From the NCBI RefSeq assembly GCF_009914755.1, contig NC_060928.1: a stretch of DNA of 64,000 nucleotides; one strand, 5' to 3'. This document shows positions 38,973-53,078 of this stretch, piece after piece (within the stretch, counting starts at the first letter, position 1; each line of letters opens with the position of its first letter). The stretch is from the human T2T-CHM13v2.0 reference genome, Homo sapiens. The notes beneath the pieces were generated by a model that saw nothing but the letters and a program-made list of their open reading frames with translations, searched no databases and was not told the DNA's origin. The position numbers were made by a program, and so were the translations under genes.

Positions 38973-39478
38973 GTGTTTTAATGTAGATTCTCAAAAATCA
39001 AAGCTAAAGACATAGATTTAGATGATGTTGAATTTTCTAAGAAATGGAGATGAGAAACTGGGGAAAACAGATAAGATATTGAAGAAAGAAAAGTCAGTAT
39101 AAGGGAGGCACTGTTGAGATTACTGCATTTGGCAACAGGGGCTCAGTTCCACCAGACTGTGTTAAGGAACATAAAGGATGTTGCCAAGAATTGTCTATCT
39201 GATGCATGGAAGATGAGGGTATCCCTCCACCCACTCTTGTTTCTTAATGGTGGCTGGATCCCCTATGGGTCATCAATATCTCAGTTGTATGAACACTGAA
39301 TAGGTCCCAGTAGTTTAGAGAAGCTCCTGAAACAGAAAATGGAAATATGTGTTGTGCAGGTGTGTGAGAAGGCACAGAAAGCAGGAATCTGAGCTTGCAT
39401 GGAACTGAACACTGCAACTGAGGCTGACTTAGGAGGAAGACTGAGAGGAAATGAGGTAAAGTACTAAAAGGCCCACAC
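38973..39478 (-). mobile_element. LTR16-like ERVL LTR
   Basis: gattctcaaaaatcaaagctaaagacatagatttag; ggcaacaggggctcagttcc; ends ggcccaca. Confidence 0.55.
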
Positions 39479-39749
39479 TGAAACCCTATCATTGATAGAA
39501 CTAGAAAGCTAGTGAATGGATAAAGACTAAATTAAAGACTGTACTCTCTCAGCACTGGTCATTTTTCCTGCAGTGATCCAAGGTTCAGCAATGGCAGCTA
39601 GCTTTTCTATGTTTTTTGGTGAAAGAATTAAGTCATATTTGTTCATTTTTTCTACTCCTTAATTAATTTAGGCTCAACATCAAATTTTTTAGTGCTTGTT
39701 AATGACATAAAGATTGGTGAGGATTCAGAAATGAATTTTCAGGTTTTTT

Positions 39750-40080
39750 GTTTTAAATTTTAATATATATATATTTCTTTAAATTTAAGTATATAAATTT
39801 AAATAAAATATTTTCAATAAATTAGAATTTAAAATATATATTTTAAATCTAATATCTATGACTAATATATTTATATATTTAGAATTTATATATCTATATG
39901 TAAAGATATTAAAATAATAAAATATATTAAATGATATATACATATCATTTAATATCTTTATAGATAAATATATAAAAATCCTAACATATATAAATATTTA
40001 TATTAGAGTTCTATATATTAGAAAAAGTATATAATATATATATTTTTTCCAGTTTGAGGGATATTTTTATATATATATCC
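39750..40080. repeat. AT-rich low-complexity block containing a quasi-palindrome
   Basis: Nearly all A/T; inverted arms centred near 39939. Confidence 0.85.
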
Positions 40081-40847
40081 TTTGAGGTACATTTTATGAC
40101 ATAGTCTCATGCAAGAACATCAAAAATACATAACTAAAATTTCCCTAGAGGTTTTGAACATTTTAAGAAAGGTAATGAGTAGACAATAAACTTCTGAAAG
40201 GTCAATGAAATTCGAGAAAAGTTTCCTTAAAGGTAAGGTAGATAAAAAACCACATTTACCTTCTATTTTATGGATGACAAGATAAAACTCAGTATTACAA
40301 GCAATGCTGACATATTTTTAAGACAATGAAAGGCCATTTTACCAGGCAAAGTAGTCAACAAGCTTTGACTACTTTGATCACTCACAAAGGGCAAATCTAC
40401 ATGAGCTCTTTTAGGGCAGTTGAGCAGGAAAAAATGGACAGTTACTGTTATCTCTCCAGATTTTATTTCAAATGGTGCATACATTCCTTGAAGGCTTATT
40501 CCTTGGATCTTTCATTTAACCCCCTATGCATATTGAAAACATGTCTCAATAAATATCCTCAGTACTATATTTATAAATCCAAAACTATTTTTTTTTACTC
40601 AAAATAATTACATGGTTTTTTTCAACAATTGTCATTTGTTCATTTAGTTGGTGGCCTTCATACTTCATAAAATGAATGCATGATTATTATTTATACTTGA
40701 TCAGAAACACACTTTTAATACTGACAACCACTCCCACTTACAGAGGCCTACAAATATAGGGTAATAGTGAAAATAACTCAAAATAATAGAGAAAATAATT
40801 TGAAATTTTTTCAAATATATTTCAAAACAAATCATTTTGTGAATTAA

Positions 40848-41202
<355 letters not shown>

Positions 41203-41344
41203 AGATTCTAAATTCTTAATTCTGGGAAAGTGGTAAAGTCTTAGCTCATAGAACTGTTCTGTGAACCCAACTGATTGGACTAATAATGTTGGTAGATACA
41301 TATATATTTTTTCACACGCCAATACATTTTTCTTGCTTTCAATT

Positions 41345-42110
41345 AACCATTAAAATATGCTCAACCTCATTAGTTATGAGCAAATACAAATTAAATCTAC
41401 AATGTGACTTTACTACCACCCACAGGAGAGCTAAAATTTTAAATAGTAAAATTTCCAAGTGCAGGCAAAAATATAGAAAAACTAGAACTATCAACTGCTG
41501 GTGGGAGTATAAATTAATACAATCTGTGTGGAAGTGGACATATTTGTTAAATTTGAGTATGTATGTGTCAGGTAAATAATTCAAATCTAGAATATACCCA
41601 GCTAAAACTCATGCATATGTGTTTCAGAATTTATATTTAAGAATGATCCTAGAAGTAGTTTTTGAGAGTGTCACACTGGGACTGTCCAAGTATTTGTCAA
41701 TAGTTAAAGGAACATATAAATGTTAATATATTCCACAATTGAGTAGTATATAGCACCTAAAATGAATAAACTACTTCTATAGCTATGACATGGATGAATC
41801 TCACAGAATAATATTGAGTGGAAGGAACTAGACACAAAAGAACATGTACTGTAAGATTTCATTTGCCTAAAGGTTTAAAACAAGCTAAATGGATCCACAG
41901 TGTTACAAGTTAGAAGAGTTATGTGTTGGAGAGGTGCTACTGAGTGAGAGGGAAAATAAAGGAGGCATGTGAGGCAGCAGGAATGTTTCACCTCCTGATC
42001 TGAGTTGCAGTTATACACCAGTGTGATCACTTTATAATAATGCATCAAGCCAACCACTTCTAACTTGTAGAGTTTTCTTTTCCTATTGGTTTAATTAGAG
42101 TTTAAATAAA
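41345..42110 (+). mobile_element. L1ME-type 3' end
   Basis: atgctcaacctcattagttatgag; catggatgaatctcacag...atattgagtggaagg. Confidence 0.75.
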
Positions 42111-42114
42111 ACAT

Positions 42115-43100
<986 letters not shown>

Positions 43101-43106
43101 TTAGAA

Positions 43107-43327
43107 TAGGGGCCTGCAAACATTTTTTTGTAAAGGGTCAGTTCAAAAGTTTTTTAGGCTTTGTGGGCTACTAGTTTCTGTCACATCTACCCACTCTGCT
43201 TTTGAAGTGGGAAAGCAGCCATAGAAAAAGCTGTAAATGAATGGGTGTGGCTGTGTTTCAATTAAAATTCATTTGTAAGAAGAGGTAGGTGAGGTTTGCT
43301 CTGAAAACTTTTATTCATCAACATCTG
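43107..43327. mobile_element. MER58A
   Basis: tgcaaacatttttttgtaaagggtcag...gaaagcagccatag...gtgtggctgtgtttcaat; 8-bp TSD gattagaa/gattagag. Confidence 0.88.
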
Positions 43328-43979
43328 GATTAGAGGAAGACAGAAGTACATGGCAACATCTATCAAGCTAAGTCTGTGGCCTAGTTAAGAAAAGAAGGTA
43401 ACTTGATACAGGGTATCAGAGGTTGGAAGGTAAAAGGAGGAAAACAAGACCCCTACAATGGCTGGGGATACCATGAGCTGTCAATATATATATGAGATGT
43501 CTCAAAATCTTATTCTGCTATTTGCAAAAAATCCAGTGTACACTCCAAGATCTGAGCAATTCTAAAAAACTAACATTAATATTGTAACTTTTGGCTCTGA
43601 GGCCCTACTTGCAGTTATTTTAGTTTATAGATCATCACATCTTTCCAATCAATGAGGTATTTTTTCTAAAGTGACTAAACTTTAAGTCACCCCCATTCAG
43701 CAATTTTTCATTAAAAATATCTGCTTACAAAATATTTTTAAGTAGGCAGCAAATATCATAGGAATTTATTTTTATGTGAAATTTATTACAGGAACTTAAT
43801 TTAAAATTGCTGTTATTTAATGTGTCTACAGTAACATTATGCTATGCACAGCATAGCCCTCGCTTCTTAAATCTGTTAGTACATTAATAAACCTTTAAAT
43901 ATAATTTTAACTTTAATTGCATCTGCTTTATAAACTTGAATTTTCCATGATCTCTCTAAATTTTAAGGTGTTATTGTAC

Positions 43980-44125
43980 ATTTGAGGTGATAGGTATGTT
44001 AATTAGCTTGATTTAATGATTTCTATTGTATACACATCATTACTTAATCCTATATCCCATAAATATATACAATTATAATTTGTCAATTTATAATAAAGTT
44101 TTAAAAATTAAAACAGTAAAAAAAG
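43980..44125 (+). mobile_element. L1MA-type 3' terminal fragment
   Basis: tgaggtgataggtatgttaattagcttgattta...cccataaatatatacaattataatttgtcaatt. Confidence 0.8.
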
Positions 44126-45179
44126 CTTTAGTGTTAGTGTAGTCCAGAGGCTAGCTTTAGCCTAATTTACTCTTCTATGTGTACTTTCTACATATTTTTC
44201 AAGGATTTTTATTTGCATTTTTGTGTATTTTATTCTCTTTATTTGTCTTTAAATCAAGTTTAATAAAACCATGTGCTAGACATTTTGGCCTATAAGAAAG
44301 AAGAAAACAAAAGACATGAGAAATATAATTCAGGTTTGGGGGACTTAAAAAATAAGCAAGAATAGTTGTATAATTAAGGACTTACAGAATAGAAAGGATT
44401 TCTGGAGAACGAGGCTTGGAAATGCCTAGAAACCAATGCAACCTTAACGAGGGTCCTGTAGGAACATTCCACTCAGGGCTTTGCATCTGATAGAAGGAGA
44501 TCTTAACCATCTCTTACATCTTCATATTAGATCGCTTATGATACAAAGCTCTGAGAATATAACACACTTTTTGGGCTTGATTGCAAGTCTGCTTCCTGAC
44601 TGTATTGAGCCAGACAGAGGAAGTGATTTTAAATTACACAGTAGGGAATAACACCAAGCCTTATCAAGATCATAGATGATGGGAGTAGCATTTTAACCCA
44701 AGTGCTGAAGAGAAGGAGAAGGTGTCAGGGAAAAAAATGTCTGCAGGAAGAAAGAAAAACAAATATGTAGTCAATGACTGTCTTGACCAATGTATAATGA
44801 AATTATCAAGATTAATTGGTTCTAATGAAGCCCCAGTTTAGTTTGAAAAGATTGCAAACCCTTCACCATTAATAGGTATTTGAGATTCAGAAGTCATATA
44901 TATGAGGCATTTATAAGTCTAATGTCTATAACTCATGTGTGTTCAGTGTTAAGGATATACAGAAGAGAAAGTGGTCTAATTATTGTTAGATAGAAGAGCT
45001 TCTTAGGGGCCTGATTTATTAGAGACATTAGAATGACTGGTAATTAGTATTTCAATCGTCTTAAATGCCTTCTTTTAAAATACTAAAGGACGTGTTAAAG
45101 TGCAGTAAGAACTAGATGAATTGGAGCAATGTTTAAACAAAGAAACCTCTCGGATTGTTTTGGGCTTTATTTTTAAAAA

Positions 45180-45520
45180 CGTGAGAATAAATAGAAAGAC
45201 CACCCAAATGAGAATAATTTAGAGCTTACTATAGCAAGGAAGTCAGCCACCATCACTTCTACAAGGGAAGAGATTCAAGGGCAAGTAGGGAAGTGTGAAA
45301 GTTTATAGTGAGAAAAAGTAAAATTTTCAGCTTTGAGAGATTTCATAGAATTTAATGCTTCTGTGTAACAGACAAGTTTCGGAGTACTCTTACTAAGTTT
45401 CTGAAGTGTTAGTCTAAGGCAAACAGCACTTTTCTGGTCACAAAAGAGTAGTATCAAGCGGGGGCTCAGGGAGAACTAGAAAAAAAAAACTTGCTTATGG
45501 AATTGTTCATGACACTAGGT
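45180..45520 (-). mobile_element. ERV1 MER4-group LTR fragment (MER67-like)
   Basis: aagaccacccaaatgagaa...agagcttactatagcaaggaagtcagccaccatcac; subfamily name from recall. Confidence 0.55.
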
Positions 45521-45719
45521 GCCAACCAAGGTCTTACATTTTCTCAGTGGCATATTTGAATTTCGTTATGTTTTTCCAGGTGGCTTATTACGATATGAAG
45601 GGTATCAAATTAAAATTTAGAAGTAATTACAGATTAAGTACCACATTACAGTGATTCTACTTTAATTCTAAATTAAAAACTCTCAAATTTAGAATCTGAT
45701 CAATAGATTGTAATAACTT

Positions 45720-46046
45720 ACTCTTTTTCTGGGAGAGAGGCTGCCCACATTCCTTGGCAATTGGCCATCATCCCCCGATATCAAAGGAAATAATGATGTG
45801 TCTTCCATAGCCACATCCCTTTCTGAATATCTTCTGCTTCCCTCGCTAACATTTAAGGATCCTGTGAATATATTGGGCCTACCAGGGTAATCCAGGATAC
45901 TCCCCCTATTTTAAGGTCAGCTGATTAGTTCCCTTAATTCCCCCTGCAACTGTCATTATCTTTTGCCTTGTAACCTAACGTATTCATAGGTAACAGGGAT
46001 TAGGATGTGGACATCTTGGAGTAGGAATATTATTCTGCCAACCATA
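45720..46046 (-). mobile_element. MLT1D-like LTR fragment
   Basis: taatccaggatactccccctattttaaggtcagctgattag...gggattaggatgtggacatctt. Confidence 0.8.
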
Positions 46047-46499
46047 CCCTATTACATTTTCATTTTCTGTGGTCATATCGCAGAACAGGAAGGAGTGTTT
46101 TTTAGTCAAGAATCCAAGGTTTATAGTCAGGATCTGGAGGATAGAGAAAATCTGTGGGTTATTTGAATACTTACAGCTGTGTTTACACTGAGGAAGAGGT
46201 TGAACGAAGTTGGGGGTGTTTAATTAATGTAGAGAGTGTAACACCTGTATATACCAGGCTCTAACAGTCAAGTCAAATCTAACAGAAAATGAAAATGTTA
46301 ATTATTTATATTTATAGTTAGTTCACCTTGAGTGTTTAAAATAGGCTCTTGGATACTTTTTTCTACCTTAGAGAATGCGCATTGATTTCAATAGAGGGTT
46401 TTTGTGTTTTTCTTTTGTAATATAGGACAATCTTTTTTCCAGTGTCTTTTCTTTTCAGAATATCTATGAGTGTTCTTGTTAAGAAGGGTTAAAATGTGG

Positions 46500-47426
46500 G
46501 CCACATAGTATAGCTGTTCAAGCTGCAGGGTTTTATGTTTATTTTAGGTCCTGACTTTTTTATTTGTTATTGTTCTAAAGCCCTTTCAAAATGTTTTTCA
46601 AGTCATTGTATTTCAGGCAAAGGGGATATTTCTTAATCTAATTTATATGTCTGAATTAATTTCAGATTTAACTTCATTGACAAATAGAGATAAAAGGGCT
46701 GCCGCTATATTGCCACCTTATTTAACTTCTAAATCTTGTGGGAAAGTAGTTTTTAGTCTATCCCCAAAATCTACTACAGTTTCATGTTTCTGAGTCAATA
46801 TTATTAAATTATGGTGCTGTCAATTTTTATTAGAGATGATTTAGGTGTAGTTTTTAGGAAAATTTGCCCTACCCTTCGGGTCTTTTTGACCCTTAAGTTT
46901 ATTGTGGGGAAAAAAGTATCTTTTAGGTTACCTTCTGGGACAGTCCAATCAGATTTTGCCCTCCAGCATTTAGCAGCCCAGTTTCTGGCCAATGTGTGTG
47001 CAAGTTGGTTTTGTAGTGACTGGGCTGTTAAGCTAGCTCAGACAAGAAGCCGACAGGATCTATGCCTTTGTTCCATGGTGTGCTTCTCCTTATGACAAAC
47101 AACATTTTTACTCAGCACGATGCAAAATGGAAGCACACAGAGAACAAAAGGGATGAGAAGAAATGACCTGATTCCATTACAGATACCTAACAAATGAAAA
47201 CCAATAAAAAATCCAGAAACCAATTGAGAATAAGTAGCTGAGAAACTCAATGCAAAGAGAACAGAGTTCAGACCTGTGGCTGACTTTCCTCTTTGGCATG
47301 GACTCACCAAGCCAGGAGCAGCAAGGCTCAAGGGTCCTCCCTGGGCACTATGCCTCTGGTTGAAGGCTGGGGTCTACAGTAATGAGAAGTGCAAACCTTG
47401 TCTTGGTGCAGCTTCAGAAAGAAACT
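46500..47426 (-). mobile_element. ERV1 internal leader remnant
   Basis: Abuts the LTR at 47427; contains a minus-strand GGTGAGT (plus-strand ggactcacc at ~47300), typical of a retroviral major splice donor. Left boundary uncertain. Confidence 0.4.
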
Positions 47427-47780
47427 GCAAAAACAAGCAAAGACTATTGATATAAAAACAAATAAAGCTTATTTAGAGTTTGTTATAGCAAGGGAGTTGG
47501 CCAGCATTACAAGACTTATTGGCAGGCAGGAGAGTGGGAAAACCTTATAGCAAGAAAAAAGTAAGTCATAAGATACGTTTGGTAGGAATGGTAAAGCTGA
47601 AATGGAATAATTAGAAAACGGGTATCTTATGTGATTGGTTTGGGGAGTGTATTTGGCTTTCTATTGTTGTTTCTACTTGTAAGTGGGGACAAAAAGCAGA
47701 GAGGGTGAAAGTGATACCAGGTCTTATCTGTTTGGGAAATAAACCTACAATTGCCAACCTAATAATTAAGATTTAAAAAT
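47427..47780 (-). mobile_element. ERV1 MER4-group LTR (MER67-like)
   Basis: tatagcaagggagttggccagc...tatgtgattggtttgggg...atttggctttct...ggggacaaaaa; homologous to 45180-45320. Confidence 0.55.
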
Positions 47781-47799
47781 GTATGGTCACTATACATGA

Positions 47800-49305
47800 C
47801 TCATTTGCTCTTCACATTTGGCCAACAGGCACACTAAATGGGGGTTTAAAAAGAATCAACATCCATTTACCTTTTGCATCTTTAATGGTGAAACTTTTTC
47901 TCTGCAATTCCTCCAGAAACTAGATATTGCTTTAGCTTGATTGCCTTGCTGGAATAAGAGTAGTTCCAGATGCTTCCACCTCGCCCTTTGTACCTGATTT
48001 TTATAATTTCACATCCTTTGTTCTCAATCGAATCAGAAAACCCATTTATATTACAGGATCTCTTTCTATCCTCTTAAGCCCATGGACAATAGCTACCACA
48101 AAAAATTGTTCAATGATTCTGATATTCTCCCTTACCATTACGTTTCAAAAAAAAATCTAAGATAGTATTTCCAAATCTTCAGAGTATAGTCAGTAGATGG
48201 ATGAGCATATTTAAGCCAATAGGCACATTTTAATATTTCCATCTCCCATAATCTTCATGTCTTCCCCTGTAAAATACCCAGGAAGGTCTCCTAATTTAAC
48301 CCTGTTTATTATATGAATTATTGAGTCAAAGATTTAACCGGCCAGATGACTAGATTATAATGCCACTCCTAGAAAATTGAGCACAACATGATATATGTTT
48401 ATCCTGGGTGAATGCACCTTTGCCAATATATATTTATGAGGTTTGAGCCTTAAGTTTTACTCCAACACATACTCCCCAGTATATAGCTGAATATCAATTG
48501 ATATCATCTTATAACTCCTTAAATATGTAGGCTATCTCCTTTTTAAGAAGACCTGTGTTACTGTGTCTGGGCTCTATTAGTACTAACATTTAATTATGGG
48601 CCTGAATAAAATGAGATGTTGTTGGGGATGGAACCTGAGGAGAAATGGAATCAGCTTGTAAGGTTAGTGCCCCAAAATATCATCACCAAAAGCTTTTATG
48701 TTGATGATGGATGAATCTTTCAGACCACATTGGGAGTGACAGGGCTGCATCTACCAGTAATAGAATTTGAGGGGAATTTGGAGGATCAGATTTTATACAT
48801 TATTTATGTCTACTTATCCCATATCTATGGATATCACTTCTTTCTCACCAATACTCTTACCTTGGCATAAGTGGCATCCTTGAATTAAATATTTCATAGG
48901 ATTCCTCTTGTCCAGCTAATCATGCTTTAGGAATGGTTTCAAGCCCTAACTTCCCTGTGATTACGAAAATTTCATTATGTCTTTGGGCTCTCAACCCATA
49001 TTCTTGTATATTTATAGGTAGTAAGTTTTCTTTTCCCCTATAGATTATCTCTAAAGCTATAGTAAGAAGCACAATGACTACACGTTCTTCACTTCCACTG
49101 TTGTGGCCACTGCAACTGTGTCATAGCAATACACCTTGTGCTAAGATTTGTGATAACTTCAGAAAACATGATGCCACCTGATCTTATGCATTAGCCAGAT
49201 CCCCTTAGCAAACAGGTCATTCTCATGTTTCTCCAATACATAAGCAACAAAATTCAATGATCTTATTTTGATAATCTGTTTTCTGTGGCCACTTTAATAT
49301 CAACT
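47800..49305 (-). mobile_element. Probable ERVL internal remnant
   Basis: Abuts an ERVL-type LTR; end ctgtggccactttaatatcaa resembles a decayed ERVL leader. Confidence 0.35.
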
Positions 49306-49306
49306 A

Positions 49307-49762
49307 ACGTATCAGTAAGGGTCCCAGTAGGAACAGATGGTGCTCTCAAATTAAGGTAATTACATTTATTAAAGGAACTTTAACAAATATATAGGAAGGA
49401 TTTAGGTAAAACACAAACTAAAGTCTAACATGCCAGGACTTGTAAAGCAGAGATACTTAGTATCCCTTGCCTGAAAGAATGAGGGAGAGGAAAGAGTCTT
49501 GAAAAGTGGAAGGAGCGAGATATATGGAGATAGCTTGGAGAGCAGTGACTTTCAGTCAGGAGACACAGTCAATAAGAGGCAATGGCACAGAGAGATGGTT
49601 GAGAGAATTAAAATAATGACATCATTCTCCTCATTGTCTGTGGTTTCCTGTTATCAAATAGAAACTAAAAGAAAGAATGAAAGTTCACTACCTGGCTCAC
49701 AGAATGGATTGGAAGAAGGTGGATATAAATTTGAAAGGGCAATTGGAAGGCAATCTAAACAC
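49307..49762 (-). mobile_element. ERVL-class LTR
   Basis: gtatcagtaagggtcccagtaggaacagatggtgctctcaaatt start; subfamily uncertain. Confidence 0.55.
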
Positions 49763-50299
49763 AGAGTTTATAAAATACATTTTAGGTAGACTTATAAATT
49801 CTAAATGACATTTTAAAATAAACCAACAATATTCACTCACATGGCCACGTCTAGCTTCAAAGAAAACTAATGATTATATGTTCTTTTATCTAAGTAGTAA
49901 TTTGACTCCTTAAATATCTAAAAACTCCCTCTTTCTCTTCATCTTACTCTTTCTTTCCCTTCCCTTGAAATGCAAGGATTTGTGGTAATGTCACGCTAGG
50001 GCAGAGAATATGGTCAAGATAGAGAGGAAGCCTACATCAGACCAGAAAAAGTGGTTAGGGGCTGAGGAGGGAGAGAGGACATGCAGGGCTGAAGTGATCA
50101 GAATTGAGAGGGCAGCTGAGGCTTACGAGGCCAGCAGGCCTAATGGGGCCAAAGTGGAGGGATTTGGGTTGAGGAGATAGGAGGTGTTTGGAGCCAGTGG
50201 GCATGGTGTTGAGGAGGTTGTCAGGACTGTGGAGGTAGCTTGTGTGATCAGGAGTTTGATTACATAAGGGAGTATGAGCACTTAAGTACATATAGTGAG

Positions 50300-51560
50300 A
50301 GTAATGGGATGAAAGTTTCTCATCACCAGGGAATGAGGTAAAAATATGAGATGGAAAACAGCTAGAATGAACCCTCTTGAGTTCAGTTGGAATTAGACGT
50401 ATTTGTATAAATACATGGTTTGGGATATCTATACAGATATATTAATGGATCAATAGATACAGGTAGAGGCACATATATACACAAAGAGATATATGGCAAA
50501 TGAATAAAAAATAAATTAAGAAAAAGCTTTTCATTGCAGTAGGATGCCAACTCATAAATTTAGAATGAATGAGGAAATTAGAAAATCACCATTTAGTAGC
50601 CATCATAGGAATAATCAGCTCATGAGAATCATCAAGGGATGCCAATACTAGTGGGCAGAATTATCTCCCCCAAGTTACGTATTAATTACAAAGGAGGTTG
50701 CAATAAATTTATAATGGAGAAACCTGTGAGAAACTACCTTTACTACATGATTAAAGCTAATAACAGCCATGAGGAAAATAGAAATTATGTGCCCCTTGAT
50801 GCCATCCAATGAGAAAACCAAAGCATTGTGTCTGTGATATCATAGCCAAAAATATACAACCTGAATCCAATGATAAGAAAACATCAGAAAAACCGAATTT
50901 GAGTGCATTCTGTGAAAGAGCTAATCTGTGTTTTTATAAGTCAGTATTAAATAAAGGAAAAATAGGAACTATTTCATATTAAAGGGTATTAAACAGGAAC
51001 AGCACCATATGTAGTAAGTGAATCTAAATCAGATCCTGGACCAGAAGGAAAAAATACGTTTTAAAGGCATTGCTGACTTGTTTAAGAGTAATGGGATATC
51101 ATCCCCCATATAGACAAAATTTAAAAATCATTAAGAGCCATATATATACACATATGTACACACAGGTACTTATACCTACATGCATATATAAGTGGAGGGA
51201 GGAGGAAAGTGGGAGATAAAGAGAGAATGTGGTAAAATACTAGCACTGGGGAAATTTGAATTAATGCCGTTGGGAGGGAGCTGGAACTCCTCTTTGGGGC
51301 CTGTGGAACCCCGTATCCCCAGATTTTTTTTAAAAAAATTGAGTTCCTTCAAGGGAAATTCCAGGCACCTCGCTAGCCTTAAAAAGTCAATGAGCAACTT
51401 GCTAAGCAAGAAGGTGATAATAACTTAAAACCGTAGCCAGGGAAGTTAGCCACAAGAATGTTTAGTTCCCCTGAAGAAACTAAAGATTACATCTTGACAT
51501 TATATGGAAGTTCTGTGCTCCATTCTTGAAAAGTTTTTGTAAGTCATGTCAAAATGAATG
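50300..51560 (+). mobile_element. L1MC-type 3' UTR, interrupted at ~51266-51500
   Basis: ggaaattagaaaatcaccattt; ttaattacaaagg...ataatggagaaacctg; aacctgaatccaatgataagaaaacatcag. Confidence 0.7.
51266..51500 (+). mobile_element. ERV1 LTR 5' fragment (MER4 group)
   Basis: gagttccttcaagggaaattccaggcacc...tgagcaacttgctaagcaagaagg...gaaactaaagattacatct. Confidence 0.55.
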
Positions 51561-52199
51561 ATTGGAAGAAAGAAGACATTTACTTGTTGAGAAGTGAGAG
51601 GCAAGTAGCAATCTCTGTAACCCTTACATCTCAATGATAGATGCCTATCAGTTCCTGGGCTTCCTTAATGTGTTCATTTTTTTCTGTTTTTCTTTCCTAG
51701 CTACAATGTCATATTGTGTCTTAGTATGACTTTAAATAACTTTTAGAGAATTAAGGAAAAATGATGACAGCAGAAAGATTTAAATCCCTCTGGACTATCA
51801 CACAAAACCAGGCCAAAGAACAAATGGGAAAACCAAAAACTCAAGCAACCACCATATATTGCATCATCTGTAACAATTATGAAATAAACCACCTCTTACC
51901 TTTCAGAGTGCTAATGGGGGTCCTTTGCTGAAGGCAATGGAAACTCTGATTTCAACAGGAAGACTTCATGAGTATAGGGAAGCTTAGGGAATAGCCTGCA
52001 GAGACAGAGAACCAGCAAGGAGACATATGAAAGAACATGATCCACCATCTTAAGAATCCATTCTGCTGAAAAATCATTGCTGCTTAGTCTCAGTGGTGCT
52101 AGAAAACAGATACTAAGAACTCAATCACAGTGGTCTTAGAAAAACCAAATACTTCTATCATTATGCTTCTAGAAGCTTCTGATTTCCATCTCCCAGTCA

Positions 52200-52395
52200 C
52201 TGCCTCAGATTGCTCGTGTATTTATCTAAGCCTTACTTTGGTGTTCCCATTTTGTAAAACGTAATCTCACATAGTGCACCACCTGCAAGGGAGCAAAGAA
52301 AGTGTATATTTGCTTTCTCAATTCAATAGTACAGGAAAGAAAGCTAGAAATGGTTTGAATGAGTGTGAAGCAAGGGTATCTATAATATCTGTCAT
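52200..52395 (-). mobile_element. Old MLT1 LTR fragment
   Basis: ctcacatagtgcaccacctgcaagggagcaaagaaagtg...tatctgtcata. Confidence 0.5.
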
Positions 52396-52418
52396 AATTT
52401 GATCTAAATAAAAAATGG

Positions 52419-52562
52419 AGTCTGAGCATGGTGCCTCATGTCTGAAACCTCAACACTTTTGGAGGCTGAGGAGGGGGGATTGCTTGAGTTCAAGACCAGC
52501 TTAGGAATCATAGGGAGACCTCGTATCTACTAAAATAAAGTAACATAAAATAAAAAAATAAA
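52419..52562 (+). mobile_element. FLAM / Alu left monomer
   Basis: ggaggctgaggaggggggattgcttgagttcaagaccagc...gggagacctcgtatctac followed by an A-rich tail. Confidence 0.82.
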
Positions 52563-53059
52563 TCTAAAGGGATCAAAGACTTCCTTTTTGAAACTGACAT
52601 TATCGTAGTCTCTCTTCTGTTTGGATAATACAAATATAAATGAACATGAAGTCGTATAGTTTTATTGAGGAAAGGAAACACAAAGATTACCAATCCAAAC
52701 TGTATAATTTTTTAACAACATACAGAAACAGAAACCCAAACAAGATCAATAATATTTCAGTGCTACCCACTTACACGTGGCAAGCTAGCTAGAATAAGCC
52801 TTACTAAGAATCTTACTAAGATTTCCTATCTGAATGCCACAAAAGACTGAATCTAAACTTGTAAGATGATATTTTTACCTTCATGTCAAAAATGGAGGAA
52901 TCTTTTTCTTTTTCTCTGAGTTTTCACACTTAACATTGTGTATTTAAATAATTAAGTAGCATGAAAAATTCTGTTTCTATCAATCACTGTGAAAGTTGTC
53001 ATGGTACAGTGAATTTTAGAAATATGTGAATAGTCTTCCTTGAGATTGCTCCCGGCACG

Positions 53060-53078
53060 GGTACGCCCCCTGCCGACT
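53060..53078 (-). promoter_or_regulatory. Candidate CTCF binding site
   Basis: Minus strand reads AGTCGGCAGGGGGCGTACC versus core CCASYAGRKGGCRS; 4 CpGs in 53051-53076 within CpG-poor surroundings. Confidence 0.6.
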
